Origin: Hyphomicrobiales bacterium
GTDB lineage: Bacteria; Pseudomonadota; Alphaproteobacteria; Rhizobiales; Beijerinckiaceae
Length of the DNA: 64,000 nucleotides
Direction: 5' to 3'
Assembly (NCBI GenBank): GCA_028290705.1
Contig: JAQGJH010000014.1
Span: forward strand, 7,761 to 71,760
Positions 47,177 to 57,469 of this stretch are shown here, one piece after another. Under the pieces are notes generated by a model that saw only the letters and a program-made list of their open reading frames with translations, did no database searches and had not been told where the DNA came from. A program made the position numbers and the translations under genes. How positions within the stretch are numbered: position 1 is the stretch's first letter; the number at the start of each line of letters is the position of its first letter.

Positions 47177-47736
47177 GTGCGGTCCGTCTTCTTCATCAAT
47201 CCGAGGAGATCGATCTCCTCGGCGGGTTCATCCTCGTCCGGCGTCTCGACGAACTGGAACGCGCGCGCATGGGCGTGCAGTCCATCGCCGCCCTGCTCGG
47301 CAGGGTCGCGCGCATGCAGCGTGCGGAAGCGCTCGCGGATCTGACCATCCTCGACCTGCCGCTGCACGGCAAGCAGCGTGTTTTCCGGATGGTCGCAAAG
47401 CGCGGCCGCAAAGGCGATCTCCTCCTCGGCGGCGGCGCGCGCCACCTCGAGGTTCGGGGCTCCGAAGCTTGCGACGAGATGCGCCGCGAGCGCCTCGACG
47501 GCGGCGGCGCGCTCATCCGGGGTCACGAAGGAGACGGTACAGAGCGTCGACCAGCCAAAGCTGCCCAGCCCGAGGAAGCCGGCCCGCAAGGCGGTGCGCT
47601 GCTTCGGGCCGAGCCCGTCCAGATCCACGTCCCAGAAGGTGAAGGCCCCCGAGACCGCCCATTCGCCGGGCTCGGCGGCGCGATCGAACACGAAGGTGTC
47701 GGAGGGGTCGAGCCGGATGGTGCGCGGCAGCTTCAT
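47173..47736 (-). CDS. DUF6505-like hypothetical protein
   Basis: MKL.RTIRLD.SD.FVF..AA..GEWAVSG, GFLG..SFGWST, FGAP....A..AA.EEI, IRE.FR. Confidence 0.78.
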   Translation of the reverse strand: MKLPRTIRLDPSDTFVFDRAAEPGEWAVSGAFTFWDVDLDGLGPKQRTALRAGFLGLGSFGWSTLCTVSFVTPDERAAAVEALAAHLVASFGAPNLEVARAAAEEEIAFAAALCDHPENTLLAVQRQVEDGQIRERFRTLHARDPAEQGGDGLHAHARAFQFVETPDEDEPAEEIDLLGLMKKTDRT

Positions 47737-47739
47737 CGG

Positions 47740-48486
47740 TCAGCCGAGTTTCGGCGCGCCGTGACGCGCGTCGTACCAGGCGGATTGAGCCAGCGCCTCG
47801 ACCAACGAGGTCCGGTCCGGCGGGCCGCGATCGAGCGGCGCATGGACGAGCAGGTCGCCGTTGACATCGATGCCGCGCCGCTCCCCGGCCTTGCCCTTCG
47901 GCAGGCGGGCGAAGTAATCGTCCGCCACGGCCTTGAAGCCGCGCTCCTTCCAGCGGTCGAAAGCCGTCATGAGATGGCGCGCGAAGCTGCCGATCAGAGC
48001 CTCGGTCTCGACCATTTCGAACCCTTCGCCCATCAGCGAGACGCCGTCGGGCGACAGGCCGGTCTCGACATGCACCATGTCGGCGGCGCGCAGCATGATG
48101 GAGGCGACGAGCCAGGCGGGCGTCTCGTCCTCGGCGCAGTCCTGCGGCCAGCCGAGACGGGCGCCGCCGAGAAGTCCCCCGTCGAACAGGACGGCGTCGG
48201 GCCAGCGGAACGCCACCTCGCGCTCGGGGGGACAATGCGCCGCGATGGCGTCCGCGATGGCGTTCATGGCGGCGAAATGAGCGCGGCGCGCGGTGGTGAG
48301 CTTTTCGTCGGGCTCGAGCACGACGGCGAACTCCACGAGATCGTAGCGGCGCACCCAGACCAGCGTGCCGGCCCCCTGCTCGGCCGCAATGGCGCAGGCA
48401 TGCGCGAAGGCGTCGCCGCGCTCGCGCAGGGTCACCAGCGTGAAGCCGGGCGGCAGATCGAGAGGGCAGTCGGGCGTGCGAGACAT
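47740..48486 (-). CDS. Biotin/lipoate-ligase-like (BPL_LplA_LipB_2-type) protein, divergent
   Basis: GAGTLVW, FAVVLEP, F.WPD...DGG.LGG, F.RHL, G.D..G.L. Confidence 0.8.
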   Translation of the reverse strand: MSRTPDCPLDLPPGFTLVTLRERGDAFAHACAIAAEQGAGTLVWVRRYDLVEFAVVLEPDEKLTTARRAHFAAMNAIADAIAAHCPPEREVAFRWPDAVLFDGGLLGGARLGWPQDCAEDETPAWLVASIMLRAADMVHVETGLSPDGVSLMGEGFEMVETEALIGSFARHLMTAFDRWKERGFKAVADDYFARLPKGKAGERRGIDVNGDLLVHAPLDRGPPDRTSLVEALAQSAWYDARHGAPKLG

Positions 48487-48776
48487 GTCGGACGTTTCCG
48501 GGCGGAGGCTCGGCTGATCTATATGGGAAGCGGGGCGTGGGTGGGAAGGGCGTGGATCAAAGGGACTTGATCTGGCGCGGCATGGGCGGATCAACGTGGT
48601 GAGAAGGCCGTGTTCCCATGGTCTTGACGTCGTGCAACTCGCCGCCTGAGACCCTCCTGCAGGTCCCCCTCCATGGGCAACCGCCTGCGTGATACCTATC
48701 TACGGCTTGGATGGCGGCCGATTGCGGCCTATGGGATGGAAGCCTGCGGCTTTGTCGCCGCGCCCTGGAGAGATCG

Positions 48777-50816
48777 ATGAGCGCTGCCGCGCCCCGCCTG
48801 CTCGTGTGTTCCTGCGAAAAAACCATGCCGCTCGACATGCAGGCCCTGGAGAAGGGCTGCGGCGGGCGGATCGAGCGCGCCGACCAGCTCTGCGGCGCGC
48901 AGCTCGAGACCTTCAAGGCGGCGCTCGCGTCGGGCGAGGCCCTGACGGTCGCGTGCACCCAAGAGGCGCCGCTGTTTTCGGAAGTGGCGGAAGATCTCGG
49001 CGCCGCCAATGCCCTGACCTTCGTCAACATTCGCGAGACGGGCGGCTGGTCGCGCGACGCAGCGGCGGCCGGACCGAAGGCCGCGGCCCTCATCGCGGCA
49101 GCGCGGGAGGACATGCCGCCGATCTCGCTCGTGTCGATGGAAAGCGCCGGCGTGATCCTGATCTACGGCCGCGATGAGATCGCCATCGAAGCCGGACGCC
49201 GGCTCGCCGACAAGCTCGACGTCACCGTCATGCTGTCGCGCCCCGGCGACGTGACGCCGCCGCGCACGCGCGAGTTTCCCGTGCTCAAGGGCCATGTCCG
49301 CAACGCGCGCGGGCATCTCGGCGCCTTCGAGCTGACGATCGACGAAACGGCGCTGCCGTCGCCTTCCTCGCGCGACAGGCTGGTGTTCGGACCTTCACGC
49401 AACGGCGCGACGTCGAGCTGCGACATCCTGCTCGACCTTTCGGGCGGACTGCCGCTGTTTCCCGCCAGCGAGCTTCGTCCCGGCTTTCTGCGCGCCGATC
49501 CGCGCGATCCGGCCGCCGTCGAGAAGGCGATTTCCGAGGCGGGCCAATTCGTCGGCACGTTCGACAAACCGCGCTACGTGCAGTTCACCGAAAATCTGTG
49601 TGCGCATTCGCGCTCGAAGATCACCGGCTGCGTGCGCTGCCTCGATCTCTGCCCGACCGGCGCGATCACGCCCAACGGCAATCACGTGGCGATCGACACC
49701 AACGTCTGCGCGGGCTGCGGCGCTTGCGCGTCCGTCTGCCCGACGGGCGCGGCGTCCTACGCCCTGCCGCCGGCCGATGCGCTGATGCGCCGGCTGCGGA
49801 CGCTGCTGCGGACCTATGCGGTCGCCGGGGGCGTGAACGCGCTCGTGCTGGTGCATGACGGAGAGCATGGCGAGCCGATGATCGATGCGCTGGCGCGCTT
49901 CGGCGACGGACTGCCGGCGCATGTCCTGCCGCTGCGGGTCAACGAGGTGACGCAGGTCGGCCCCGAATTTCTGGCCGGAGCCTTCGCGTTCGGGGCGACG
50001 GGCGTGGCGCTGCTGACGCGCGAGCGGCCGAAGCACGATGTGCTGGGCCTCAAGGCCGTGATCGACACCACCAACCAGATCGTCGAAGCGCTGGGTTTTG
50101 GGTCCGAACTCGTGCGCATCGTCGGAACGGACGATCCAGATCAACTTCGGACTGCGCTCGACGCCGCGCCGACGGGCATCGCCTCGCCCCGCCCGGCCGC
50201 GTTCACGCCGCGCGGCGCAAAGCGCGGCGTTCTGGAGACGACGTTCCGTGAGCTGCATCTCGCGGCCCCCGCGCCGGTCGACGTGGTGGCGCTGCAACGC
50301 GGCGCGCCGTTCGGCGGCATCGAGGTGAACGTCGATGGCTGCACCCTGTGCCATGCCTGCGTGACCGCCTGCCCGACCGGCGCGGTCGCGGACAATCCCG
50401 AGCGGCCGATGCTGCGTTTCACCGAAAGCCTCTGCGTGCAATGCGGATTGTGCGAAGCGACCTGCCCGGAGCACGTGATCACGCTGCAGCCGCGGCTCGA
50501 CTTCCTCGCCTGGAACGCGCCGCAGCGCGTCCTCAAGGAGGAAGAGCCGTTCCATTGCATCGCCTGCGGGACCGCTTTCGGAACGCGGAGCACGATCGAG
50601 AAAGTCGTGAAGACGCTCGAGCAGAAGCACTGGATGTTCTCCGGCGCGCATGCCAAGCGCATCGACGTGGTGCGCATGTGCGAGAATTGCCGCGTCGAGG
50701 CGGTGATGAACGAGAGCTTCGATCCGCATGCGGCGCCGCAGCGCCCGCCGGTGATGAGCACCGAAGATTATCTGCGCGCGCGCGATGCCGCCAAGGACGA
50801 TCCGCTCGCATCGTGA
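48777..50816 (+). CDS. Multi-[4Fe-4S] polyferredoxin of FDH loci
   Basis: CSC/QLC/ACTQE/VNIRE N-region; CAH...GCVRC...CP, CAGCGAC...CP, CTLCHAC...CP, CVQCGLC...CP, CIACG...CENC. Confidence 0.9.
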   Translation: MSAAAPRLLVCSCEKTMPLDMQALEKGCGGRIERADQLCGAQLETFKAALASGEALTVACTQEAPLFSEVAEDLGAANALTFVNIRETGGWSRDAAAAGPKAAALIAAAREDMPPISLVSMESAGVILIYGRDEIAIEAGRRLADKLDVTVMLSRPGDVTPPRTREFPVLKGHVRNARGHLGAFELTIDETALPSPSSRDRLVFGPSRNGATSSCDILLDLSGGLPLFPASELRPGFLRADPRDPAAVEKAISEAGQFVGTFDKPRYVQFTENLCAHSRSKITGCVRCLDLCPTGAITPNGNHVAIDTNVCAGCGACASVCPTGAASYALPPADALMRRLRTLLRTYAVAGGVNALVLVHDGEHGEPMIDALARFGDGLPAHVLPLRVNEVTQVGPEFLAGAFAFGATGVALLTRERPKHDVLGLKAVIDTTNQIVEALGFGSELVRIVGTDDPDQLRTALDAAPTGIASPRPAAFTPRGAKRGVLETTFRELHLAAPAPVDVVALQRGAPFGGIEVNVDGCTLCHACVTACPTGAVADNPERPMLRFTESLCVQCGLCEATCPEHVITLQPRLDFLAWNAPQRVLKEEEPFHCIACGTAFGTRSTIEKVVKTLEQKHWMFSGAHAKRIDVVRMCENCRVEAVMNESFDPHAAPQRPPVMSTEDYLRARDAAKDDPLAS

Positions 50817-50844
50817 GTGGCGCGCCGCCCATCAGGAGAACCCA

Positions 50845-51963
50845 TTGTCCCTCGCTCAAGCCGACATTCTGAATGCGCTCGAAAAGGTGAAGCTGCCTGA
50901 TGGCGGATCGCTCGCGGCCTCTGGCCGGATGACCGGCATCGTCATCAACGACGGCAAGGTGATCTGCGCCATCGGGATCGAGGCCGCTGAAGCCGGCGTC
51001 ATGGAGCCGGTGCGCGCCGCCGCCGAAGCCGCCATCAGGGCGCTGCCCGGCGTGAAACAGGCGCTCGTCGGGCTGACGGCCGACAAGGCTCCGTCGCGCG
51101 GCGCCGCCGCGCCCGCTCCGGCAGGAGCAGCCCCGCAGGCGCGCGCCACCAGCAAGGCCGCGTCGCTGCCCGGCGTGAAGCACATCATCGCGGTGGCGTC
51201 GGGAAAGGGCGGGGTCGGCAAATCGACCACGTCGTGCAATCTGGCGCTGGCGCTCGCCGCGCTGGGGCTCAAGGTCGGCATGCTCGACGCCGATATTTAC
51301 GGGCCGTCGCAGCCGCGTCTGTTCGGTCTGCGGGGGAAACCGAAACTCATCGGCCCGCGCATGCTGGAACCGATGGAGCGGTATGGCGTCAAGGTCATGT
51401 CGATCGGCTTCCTGGTCGAGGAAGAGACCGCGATGATCTGGCGCGGCCCGATGGTGATTTCGGCGATCACCCAGATGCTGCGCGAGGTCGCCTGGGGCGA
51501 ACTCGACGTGCTCGTGGTCGACATGCCGCCCGGCACCGGCGACGCGCAGCTCACCATGGCGCAGCAGACGCCGCTGGCGGGCGCGGTGATCGTGTCGACG
51601 CCGCAGGATCTCGCGTTGATCGATGCGCGGCGCGGCGTCGCGATGTTCCAGAAGGTCGACGTGCCGATCCTCGGCATCGTCGAGAACATGTCGAGCTTCT
51701 GCTGCCCCAATTGCGGGCATGTATCGCCGATCTTCGGGCACGGTGGGGCGCGGGCGGAAGCCGACAAATACCACGTGCCGTTCCTCGGCGAAGTGCCGCT
51801 CGACATGCAGATCCGCGAGACGTCGGACGACGGCAGGCCGATCGTCGCGAGCGATCCAGACGGCCCGCGGGCGCAGATCTACAAGGACATCGCCGCCAAG
51901 GTCTGGAGCGGGTTGTCGCAGGGCGGAACGGCGCGTGCGGCCCCGCGCATCGTGATCGAGTGA
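50845..51963 (+). CDS. mrp: Mrp/ApbC iron-sulfur cluster carrier ATPase with N-terminal DUF59-like region
   Basis: TTG start after AGGAG; ASGKGGVGKSTT, DADIYGPS, WRGPM, DMPPGTGD, STPQ, ENMS..CPNCG. Confidence 0.93.
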   Translation: MSLAQADILNALEKVKLPDGGSLAASGRMTGIVINDGKVICAIGIEAAEAGVMEPVRAAAEAAIRALPGVKQALVGLTADKAPSRGAAAPAPAGAAPQARATSKAASLPGVKHIIAVASGKGGVGKSTTSCNLALALAALGLKVGMLDADIYGPSQPRLFGLRGKPKLIGPRMLEPMERYGVKVMSIGFLVEEETAMIWRGPMVISAITQMLREVAWGELDVLVVDMPPGTGDAQLTMAQQTPLAGAVIVSTPQDLALIDARRGVAMFQKVDVPILGIVENMSSFCCPNCGHVSPIFGHGGARAEADKYHVPFLGEVPLDMQIRETSDDGRPIVASDPDGPRAQIYKDIAAKVWSGLSQGGTARAAPRIVIE

Positions 51964-51967
51964 CGCC

Positions 51968-52849
51968 ATGACGCGACCCGCCGTACCGCCGCTGTTTCCG
52001 TCGCCCGACGATCCGCGCCTGACGGAAAGCGTCACGGGCATCGACCAGACCGGCGCGACGGTGGAGCTGCGCGTTCCGGTGGAGCGCGCGCTGACGCTGT
52101 ATCTGAACGCGCAGGAAATCGTCACCATGATGACGATCAATGATCATCCCGAATATCTGGCGCTCGGCTACCTGCTCAACCAGAACATGCTGAAGCCCGA
52201 CGACGTGGTCACGGAGGTCGAGTATGACGACGATCTGGAAGTCGTGGTGGTGCGCACCGAACGCGGCACCAATTTCGAACAGAAGCTGAAGAAGAAGACG
52301 CTGACCTCGGGCTGCGCCCAGGGCACGGCGTTCGGCGACCTGATGGAGGCCGTCGACAAGGTCGTTCTGCCACAAGCGGAACTGCGCACCTCGTGGCTCT
52401 ACCAGATGACCCATGCGATCAACACGACGCCATCGCTCTATCTCACGGCGGGCGCGATCCATGGCTGCGTGCTCTGCCGCGAGGGCGAGCCGATCTGCTA
52501 CATGGAAGACGTCGGCCGCCACAACGCCGTCGACAAGATCGCGGGCTGGATGTACCGGCACGGCGTCGATCCTGCCGACAAGATCTTTTACACGACCGGC
52601 CGGCTGACTTCCGAAATGGTGATCAAGACGGTTCGGATGGGAATTCCGATCCTGGTCTCGCGGTCCGGCTTCACCGCCTGGGGCGTCGAACTCGCGAGAC
52701 AGGTGGGCCTGACGCTCGTGGGGCGGGCCAAGGGCAAGCGCTTCGTCGCGCTCGCGGGACAGGAGCGCATCGTCTTCGATCAGGATCTCGCTTTCGTGGC
52801 GGAAGACTCGATGAAGTCCCGGCGCAAGGGAGCCGACGATGACGCCTGA
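51968..52849 (+). CDS. fdhD: Formate dehydrogenase accessory sulfurtransferase
   Basis: [36 protein letters not shown]. Confidence 0.93.
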   Translation: MTRPAVPPLFPSPDDPRLTESVTGIDQTGATVELRVPVERALTLYLNAQEIVTMMTINDHPEYLALGYLLNQNMLKPDDVVTEVEYDDDLEVVVVRTERGTNFEQKLKKKTLTSGCAQGTAFGDLMEAVDKVVLPQAELRTSWLYQMTHAINTTPSLYLTAGAIHGCVLCREGEPICYMEDVGRHNAVDKIAGWMYRHGVDPADKIFYTTGRLTSEMVIKTVRMGIPILVSRSGFTAWGVELARQVGLTLVGRAKGKRFVALAGQERIVFDQDLAFVAEDSMKSRRKGADDDA

Positions 52850-53459
52850 AAACACGCTGGGGGTGGTGCTGGCGGGCGGTTTGTCGCGTCGCATGGGCGG
52901 CGGCGACAAGCCGATGCGGACCATCGGGGGCAAGACCATTCTGGCCCGTGTCATCGATCGTGTCGGACCGCAATGCGACGGGCTGATCCTCAATGCGAAC
53001 GGTGATGCGGGGCGCTTCGCGGCCTTCGGGCTGCCAGTCGTGCCCGACTGCGTGGAAGGGTTCGCGGGGCCGCTCGCCGGCATTCTGGCGGCGCTCGACT
53101 GGGCGGCGGAGCATCGTCCCGGGATCGAGCACGTCGTCAGCGCCGCAGCCGATTGCCCGTTCCTGCCACGCGATCTGGTGGCGCGACTTCAGGACGCGCG
53201 CGTGCGCGAACACGCCTTGCTGGCAGTTGCATCCTCGGGCGGGCAGACGCATCCCGTCATCGGCCTGTGGAGCGTGTCTTTGCGCGCCGACTTGCGGCAT
53301 GCGCTGGTCGACGAGGATTGCCGCAAGATTGATCGCTGGACTGCGCGGCACGCCCTCGCCACCGTGGAATGGCCGAGTGCGCCGCTCGATCCGTTCTTCA
53401 ACGCCAACAGGCCGGAAGATCTCGAAGAGGCGGAAAAGCTCGCGGCTCTCGACGATTGA
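52839..53459 (+). CDS. mobA: Molybdenum cofactor guanylyltransferase
   Basis: [32 protein letters not shown]. Confidence 0.95.
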   Translation: MTPENTLGVVLAGGLSRRMGGGDKPMRTIGGKTILARVIDRVGPQCDGLILNANGDAGRFAAFGLPVVPDCVEGFAGPLAGILAALDWAAEHRPGIEHVVSAAADCPFLPRDLVARLQDARVREHALLAVASSGGQTHPVIGLWSVSLRADLRHALVDEDCRKIDRWTARHALATVEWPSAPLDPFFNANRPEDLEEAEKLAALDD

Positions 53460-53462
53460 GAA

Positions 53463-55409
53463 TCAGGCTGGCCGGAAACCAGCCGCTGTCAGGGCCCCGC
53501 GCGCCTCGGCAGACTCGAGCGCGCTGAGAAAATCCCGCACGGCAGGGCTTTTCATGCGCTCCGTCGGCACGACGAAATCATAGTGCTCTTCCATCAGCGG
53601 CAGGAAGGCGAGCCCGTAGTCGCGCGCGACCGGCGCGATGGTCATGCCCCAGTCGGCGCGGCCCTGCGCCACCGCCGCCGCCACGGCATTGTGCGACTTC
53701 GGCTGGTTCCAGTAGCCGTCCGGACGCGCGCCGGCGAGCAATCGGTCGAGCAGGATACGCGTGCCCGCGCCCTGGTTGCGATTGACCATGAGGCAGGTTT
53801 CATCCTGCAGCGCCGCCGCCACCGCGCCTTGCGCGTCGAGGCCCGCGAAGCGCGGGTCGCCAGCGCGATGCACGATGCCCTGCATGCGCCGCCAGCCCTC
53901 GATCAGGTCGAGCCCTTCGGAGAGATAGGGGCGGTTGTAGACCCCGCTGGCTTCGTCGAGCAGATGGATCGGGGCGAGGTCGCACTCGCGGCGATGTGCG
54001 GCTGCGAGCCCGCCGAGACTGCCGACCGCGATGCTGCGGACGGTCCGACCCTGCCGCGCCAGCGGCCCGAGAACGAGATCAAGCCCCGTGCAATGGCTGC
54101 CGATGATGGTGAGATCGGGCACGCGCAGTTGCGGCGTGAACAAGGCGACGTCGACGCGGGCCCCTGCAGGCGCGTGGTCGGCCAGCGCCGCGATGCTGAT
54201 GAATCCGTCGGCTTGCGCGAAGGACGTGATGGCCCCGGAGCCCTTGCCGGTCGGATAGGCGAACAGGTTTCCGGCCTCGCCCGCCACCAGCGCCACCATG
54301 ACGAATTCGGTGCGGCCGAGTTCGGATGCGACACGCACCGGCAGCGTGGCTTCGACATGCGCTTCCGAGCGCGGAGGCAGGCCAGCCATGCGTCGCAACA
54401 CGGGAGCGACGATGTCGTGGAAGGTGAACATTGCCGAAGTCGGAAAGCCCGGCAGGATGACGACCGGCTTGCCGTCGCAGACCGCGAGACAGAGCGGCTT
54501 GCCGGGCTTCAGCGCCACGCCATGGGCGATGATGCCGGGCTGTCCGAGGCTCGCGACGATGCGATGCGAAACATCGCCTGCGCCCTTCGAGGTTCCACCC
54601 GACAGGATCAACATGTCGCTGTCCGCCAGGGCTTTCCGCATGGCCGCGCCGAGAATGGCCTCGTCGTCCGGAAAGGCGCCGCAGAAGCGCGCTTCGCCAC
54701 CGTTCTCCGAAACCGCCGCGGCCACGATGGCGCCGTTGGTGTCGTAGATCTGCGCAGGCTCGAGCGGCCATCCCGGCTGGACCAGTTCGTCGCCCGTCGA
54801 CAGGACGGCGACGCGCGGCCGCGCGACGACCGCGATCTCGGCAATGCCGCAGGCGGCCAGCATGCCGATCTCGCGTGCGCCGATCTCGGCGCCGGCGCGC
54901 AGCAGCATCTCGCCGCGCGCCATGTCGGAGCCGGCATGGGAGATGAATTGCCCGGGGCTCGCGGCCCGCCGCAGGTCGATGCTCGCGTCTCCGATCGCCT
55001 CGGTGTGCTCGATCATCACCACCGCGTCCGCCCCGCGTGGCACGGGTCCACCCGTGGCGATGGGCGTGGCCGAACCACGCCCGACCAGAATTTTCGGCGC
55101 GACTCCGCACGCGATCGTCTCGGCGTTCAAGGCGAGCCGCACCGGCCCCGCCTCGCTCGCGTCAGCCACGTCGCGCGATCGAACGGCGAAACCATCGACG
55201 TTGGACCGGTCGAACGGCGGCACGTCGATCGGCGCAACCACATCAACCGCGAGCGTGCGCCCGAGCGATTCGGCGAGAGCGCAGACCTCGTGGCTCCGGG
55301 CCCAGGGAAACAGCGCGGCCTCGAAGCGCGCTACTGCCTCGTCTCGTGAGAGAATCGTCAGGAACTGCTCCTGCGCGAGGGAGCCGACCGCGCTTCTATT
55401 GTCCATCAT
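53463..55409 (-). CDS. MoeA fused to C-terminal periplasmic-binding-like (molybdate/tungstate) domain
   Basis: PPFDRS.VDGFA, TGG.VP.GADAV, STGDE, SGGTSKG, KPGKP, LPGFP; then GSH, GSLGGL, HL, NR..GAGTR, E.YDF. Confidence 0.9.
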   Translation of the reverse strand: MMDNRSAVGSLAQEQFLTILSRDEAVARFEAALFPWARSHEVCALAESLGRTLAVDVVAPIDVPPFDRSNVDGFAVRSRDVADASEAGPVRLALNAETIACGVAPKILVGRGSATPIATGGPVPRGADAVVMIEHTEAIGDASIDLRRAASPGQFISHAGSDMARGEMLLRAGAEIGAREIGMLAACGIAEIAVVARPRVAVLSTGDELVQPGWPLEPAQIYDTNGAIVAAAVSENGGEARFCGAFPDDEAILGAAMRKALADSDMLILSGGTSKGAGDVSHRIVASLGQPGIIAHGVALKPGKPLCLAVCDGKPVVILPGFPTSAMFTFHDIVAPVLRRMAGLPPRSEAHVEATLPVRVASELGRTEFVMVALVAGEAGNLFAYPTGKGSGAITSFAQADGFISIAALADHAPAGARVDVALFTPQLRVPDLTIIGSHCTGLDLVLGPLARQGRTVRSIAVGSLGGLAAAHRRECDLAPIHLLDEASGVYNRPYLSEGLDLIEGWRRMQGIVHRAGDPRFAGLDAQGAVAAALQDETCLMVNRNQGAGTRILLDRLLAGARPDGYWNQPKSHNAVAAAVAQGRADWGMTIAPVARDYGLAFLPLMEEHYDFVVPTERMKSPAVRDFLSALESAEARGALTAAGFRPA

Positions 55410-56569
55410 TGCAAGAGATCCGTACGGATGGGACGGGCATGCACCTCCGTTCCCGGGGCGCAGCCTTCGCTATCGCCGCCCACGACCAGGACGTGCGTCG
55501 CCCCGCGAAGTCGCTGCAGCGGAAGGTCGCCCGTGGCCAGCGGATCGAGCCGCTGATCGCGTTGCGCCAGGAGGACGATCTCGGCCAGGCCGATCGACGA
55601 AGCGATCTTGCGTTCGAGCACGAGCCCGCGCGGCGATGCCGGTCGCGCCGCGCTCAGCGCCGCGAGGACGGGCTCCACCAGGGCCCACCAGACGGCGAGC
55701 GCCTGATCGGGCAGACCCGGCAGCGCAATGACGGGCCGCGCGCCCAGCGATCCGAGAGCGGCCGTGCGTCCCGGTCGAAGCGCGAGTCCATGCGCCAGCA
55801 CCTGCCCGGCGCGCTCTATCGCATCGACAGCATGATCCTGCCGGCCGACGCCCGTCCCGCCGATCGTCAGGATGAGATCGGCGTCCGCGGCTGCGCGAAG
55901 CGCTTCGGCCGTGGCATCCAGGCCGCGATCCCGTGCGCTGGTGCGCGATACGTCCGCGCCGGCGGCGCGCACGAACCGCTCGATCAGAGAGGCGGTGGCC
56001 TGCGCGCCTGACCGTGAGGGAATGTCCACCAGAGCCACGCGGGGCGCGCGGACCTGCACGTGTGTCAGTCCGGCCTGTTCGGCCGCAAGAAGATCGAACG
56101 CATCGAGCTTGCGGCCCTCGAAATCCGCCAGCCAGTTCTCGGCAAGGTCCTGGCCGGCGCGTCGGATGTTTTCGCCGGGGAAGGACTCCAGGACGATCAG
56201 CGGCAGGGGGCCAACGAGATCGACGGCCGCGGGATCCACGACGCAGTCGGCCCCCTCCGGCAGATCGTCTCCGGCCTCGATCCAATGCAACGGGGTCGTG
56301 AGCGGTACGGGGGCGTAAGACGAGGCGCCGACGAGGTCGCTTGCGCGCATGGCCCAGCCGTCGCAAGCGGCGGTATGACGGCGCGGCATGGCGGCCGCGA
56401 ACTCGTGCGACGCCGCGCCATATCGGCCATAGGCCTCGGCCAGTGGAACGAGACGCGAAGGCACGGGCGCGAGTTGCTTCATCAGCATGCGCGATGCGAC
56501 GTCGAGCGGCGTCAGCGCGCCGGTCAGGCGCCGCTGCGGCGTGGTCGATCCTCTCGGCGCGTCGCTCAT
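55406..56569 (-). CDS. Degenerate MoeA-like protein
   Basis: P....A..DGWA, LP.GAD.V, GENIR..G.D, GGTGVG..D, LRPG, ALPG.P; STGxE and GNP motifs lost; overlaps the MoeA-PBP start. Confidence 0.82.
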   Translation of the reverse strand: MSDAPRGSTTPQRRLTGALTPLDVASRMLMKQLAPVPSRLVPLAEAYGRYGAASHEFAAAMPRRHTAACDGWAMRASDLVGASSYAPVPLTTPLHWIEAGDDLPEGADCVVDPAAVDLVGPLPLIVLESFPGENIRRAGQDLAENWLADFEGRKLDAFDLLAAEQAGLTHVQVRAPRVALVDIPSRSGAQATASLIERFVRAAGADVSRTSARDRGLDATAEALRAAADADLILTIGGTGVGRQDHAVDAIERAGQVLAHGLALRPGRTAALGSLGARPVIALPGLPDQALAVWWALVEPVLAALSAARPASPRGLVLERKIASSIGLAEIVLLAQRDQRLDPLATGDLPLQRLRGATHVLVVGGDSEGCAPGTEVHARPIRTDLLQ

Positions 56570-56618
56570 GGCCGCGATGGTGTACAGTCCATCGCGGCCA
56601 ATGCAACCTCGAAGGCGC

Positions 56619-57449
56619 TCAGGAGCGCTGGCCGGGATCGGCATTGGGGAAGAACAATTGCTGACCTTCGATCTTGTAGGCCGCGATGGCGGCTTGCCCT
56701 TCGGCCGAGATCAGGTAGTCGACGAAGGCCTGGCCGAGGTCCTTCCTGACCGACGGGTGCTTCTCCGGACTGACGAGGATGACGCCATATTGGTTGAAGA
56801 GTCGCTTGTCGCCCTCGACGCCGATCTGGAGACCGTCCTTGTTCCTGAAGGAAATCCACGTGCCGCGATCGGCCAGAACGTAGGCCCCCATGGCCTTGGC
56901 GGTGTTGAGCGCCGCGCCCATGCCCTGGCCGATCTCGCGATACCAGGCGCCCTTCATCGCCGAGACGTCGATGTTGGCGGCCTTCCAGAGAGCCAGTTCA
57001 GCCGCGTGGGTGCCGGACTTGTCGCCACGCGACACGAAGGGCGCACCCTTGGCCTGGATGGCGGCGAGGGCCGCGAGAATGTCTTTCGAGCCACGCACGC
57101 CGGCGGGATCGGCCGCGGGCCCGATCAGCACGAAGTCATTGTACATGACGGAGAAGCGCTTCACCCCGAAACCGTCCGCCACGAACTTCTCTTCCTGCGG
57201 CTGCGCGTGGACGAACACCACGTCGGCGTCGCCGCGGCGTCCCGTGTCGAGCGCCTGCCCGGTGCCCTGCGCGATGACCTTCACGTCGATGCCGGTCTTC
57301 GTCTTGAAGAGCGGCAGCAGATGATTGAAGAGCCCCGAATCCTGGGTCGAAGTCGTGGAAGCCACCACGATGGATTTTTCCTGCGCGACCGAGACGCTCT
57401 GCAGAACCATGGTGAGGCCCAGAACCAGGGCGAGCTGTTTGAACATCAT
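56619..57449 (-). CDS. tupA: Tungstate ABC transporter substrate-binding protein
   Basis: ASTTSTQDSGL (TupA-type), GTGQAL, VHA, DPA, FVSRGDKSGTH, GQGMG..L, N.Y. Confidence 0.92.
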   Translation of the reverse strand: MMFKQLALVLGLTMVLQSVSVAQEKSIVVASTTSTQDSGLFNHLLPLFKTKTGIDVKVIAQGTGQALDTGRRGDADVVFVHAQPQEEKFVADGFGVKRFSVMYNDFVLIGPAADPAGVRGSKDILAALAAIQAKGAPFVSRGDKSGTHAAELALWKAANIDVSAMKGAWYREIGQGMGAALNTAKAMGAYVLADRGTWISFRNKDGLQIGVEGDKRLFNQYGVILVSPEKHPSVRKDLGQAFVDYLISAEGQAAIAAYKIEGQQLFFPNADPGQRS

Positions 57450-57469
57450 GCTTCTCCTCGTAGAGTGAC

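Noticed and set aside
48487-48776. Moco/Wco riboswitch or sRNA in the 290-bp divergent gap
   Set aside because: No convincing consensus or terminator; divergent promoters explain the gap. Needs an Rfam search to exclude fully.
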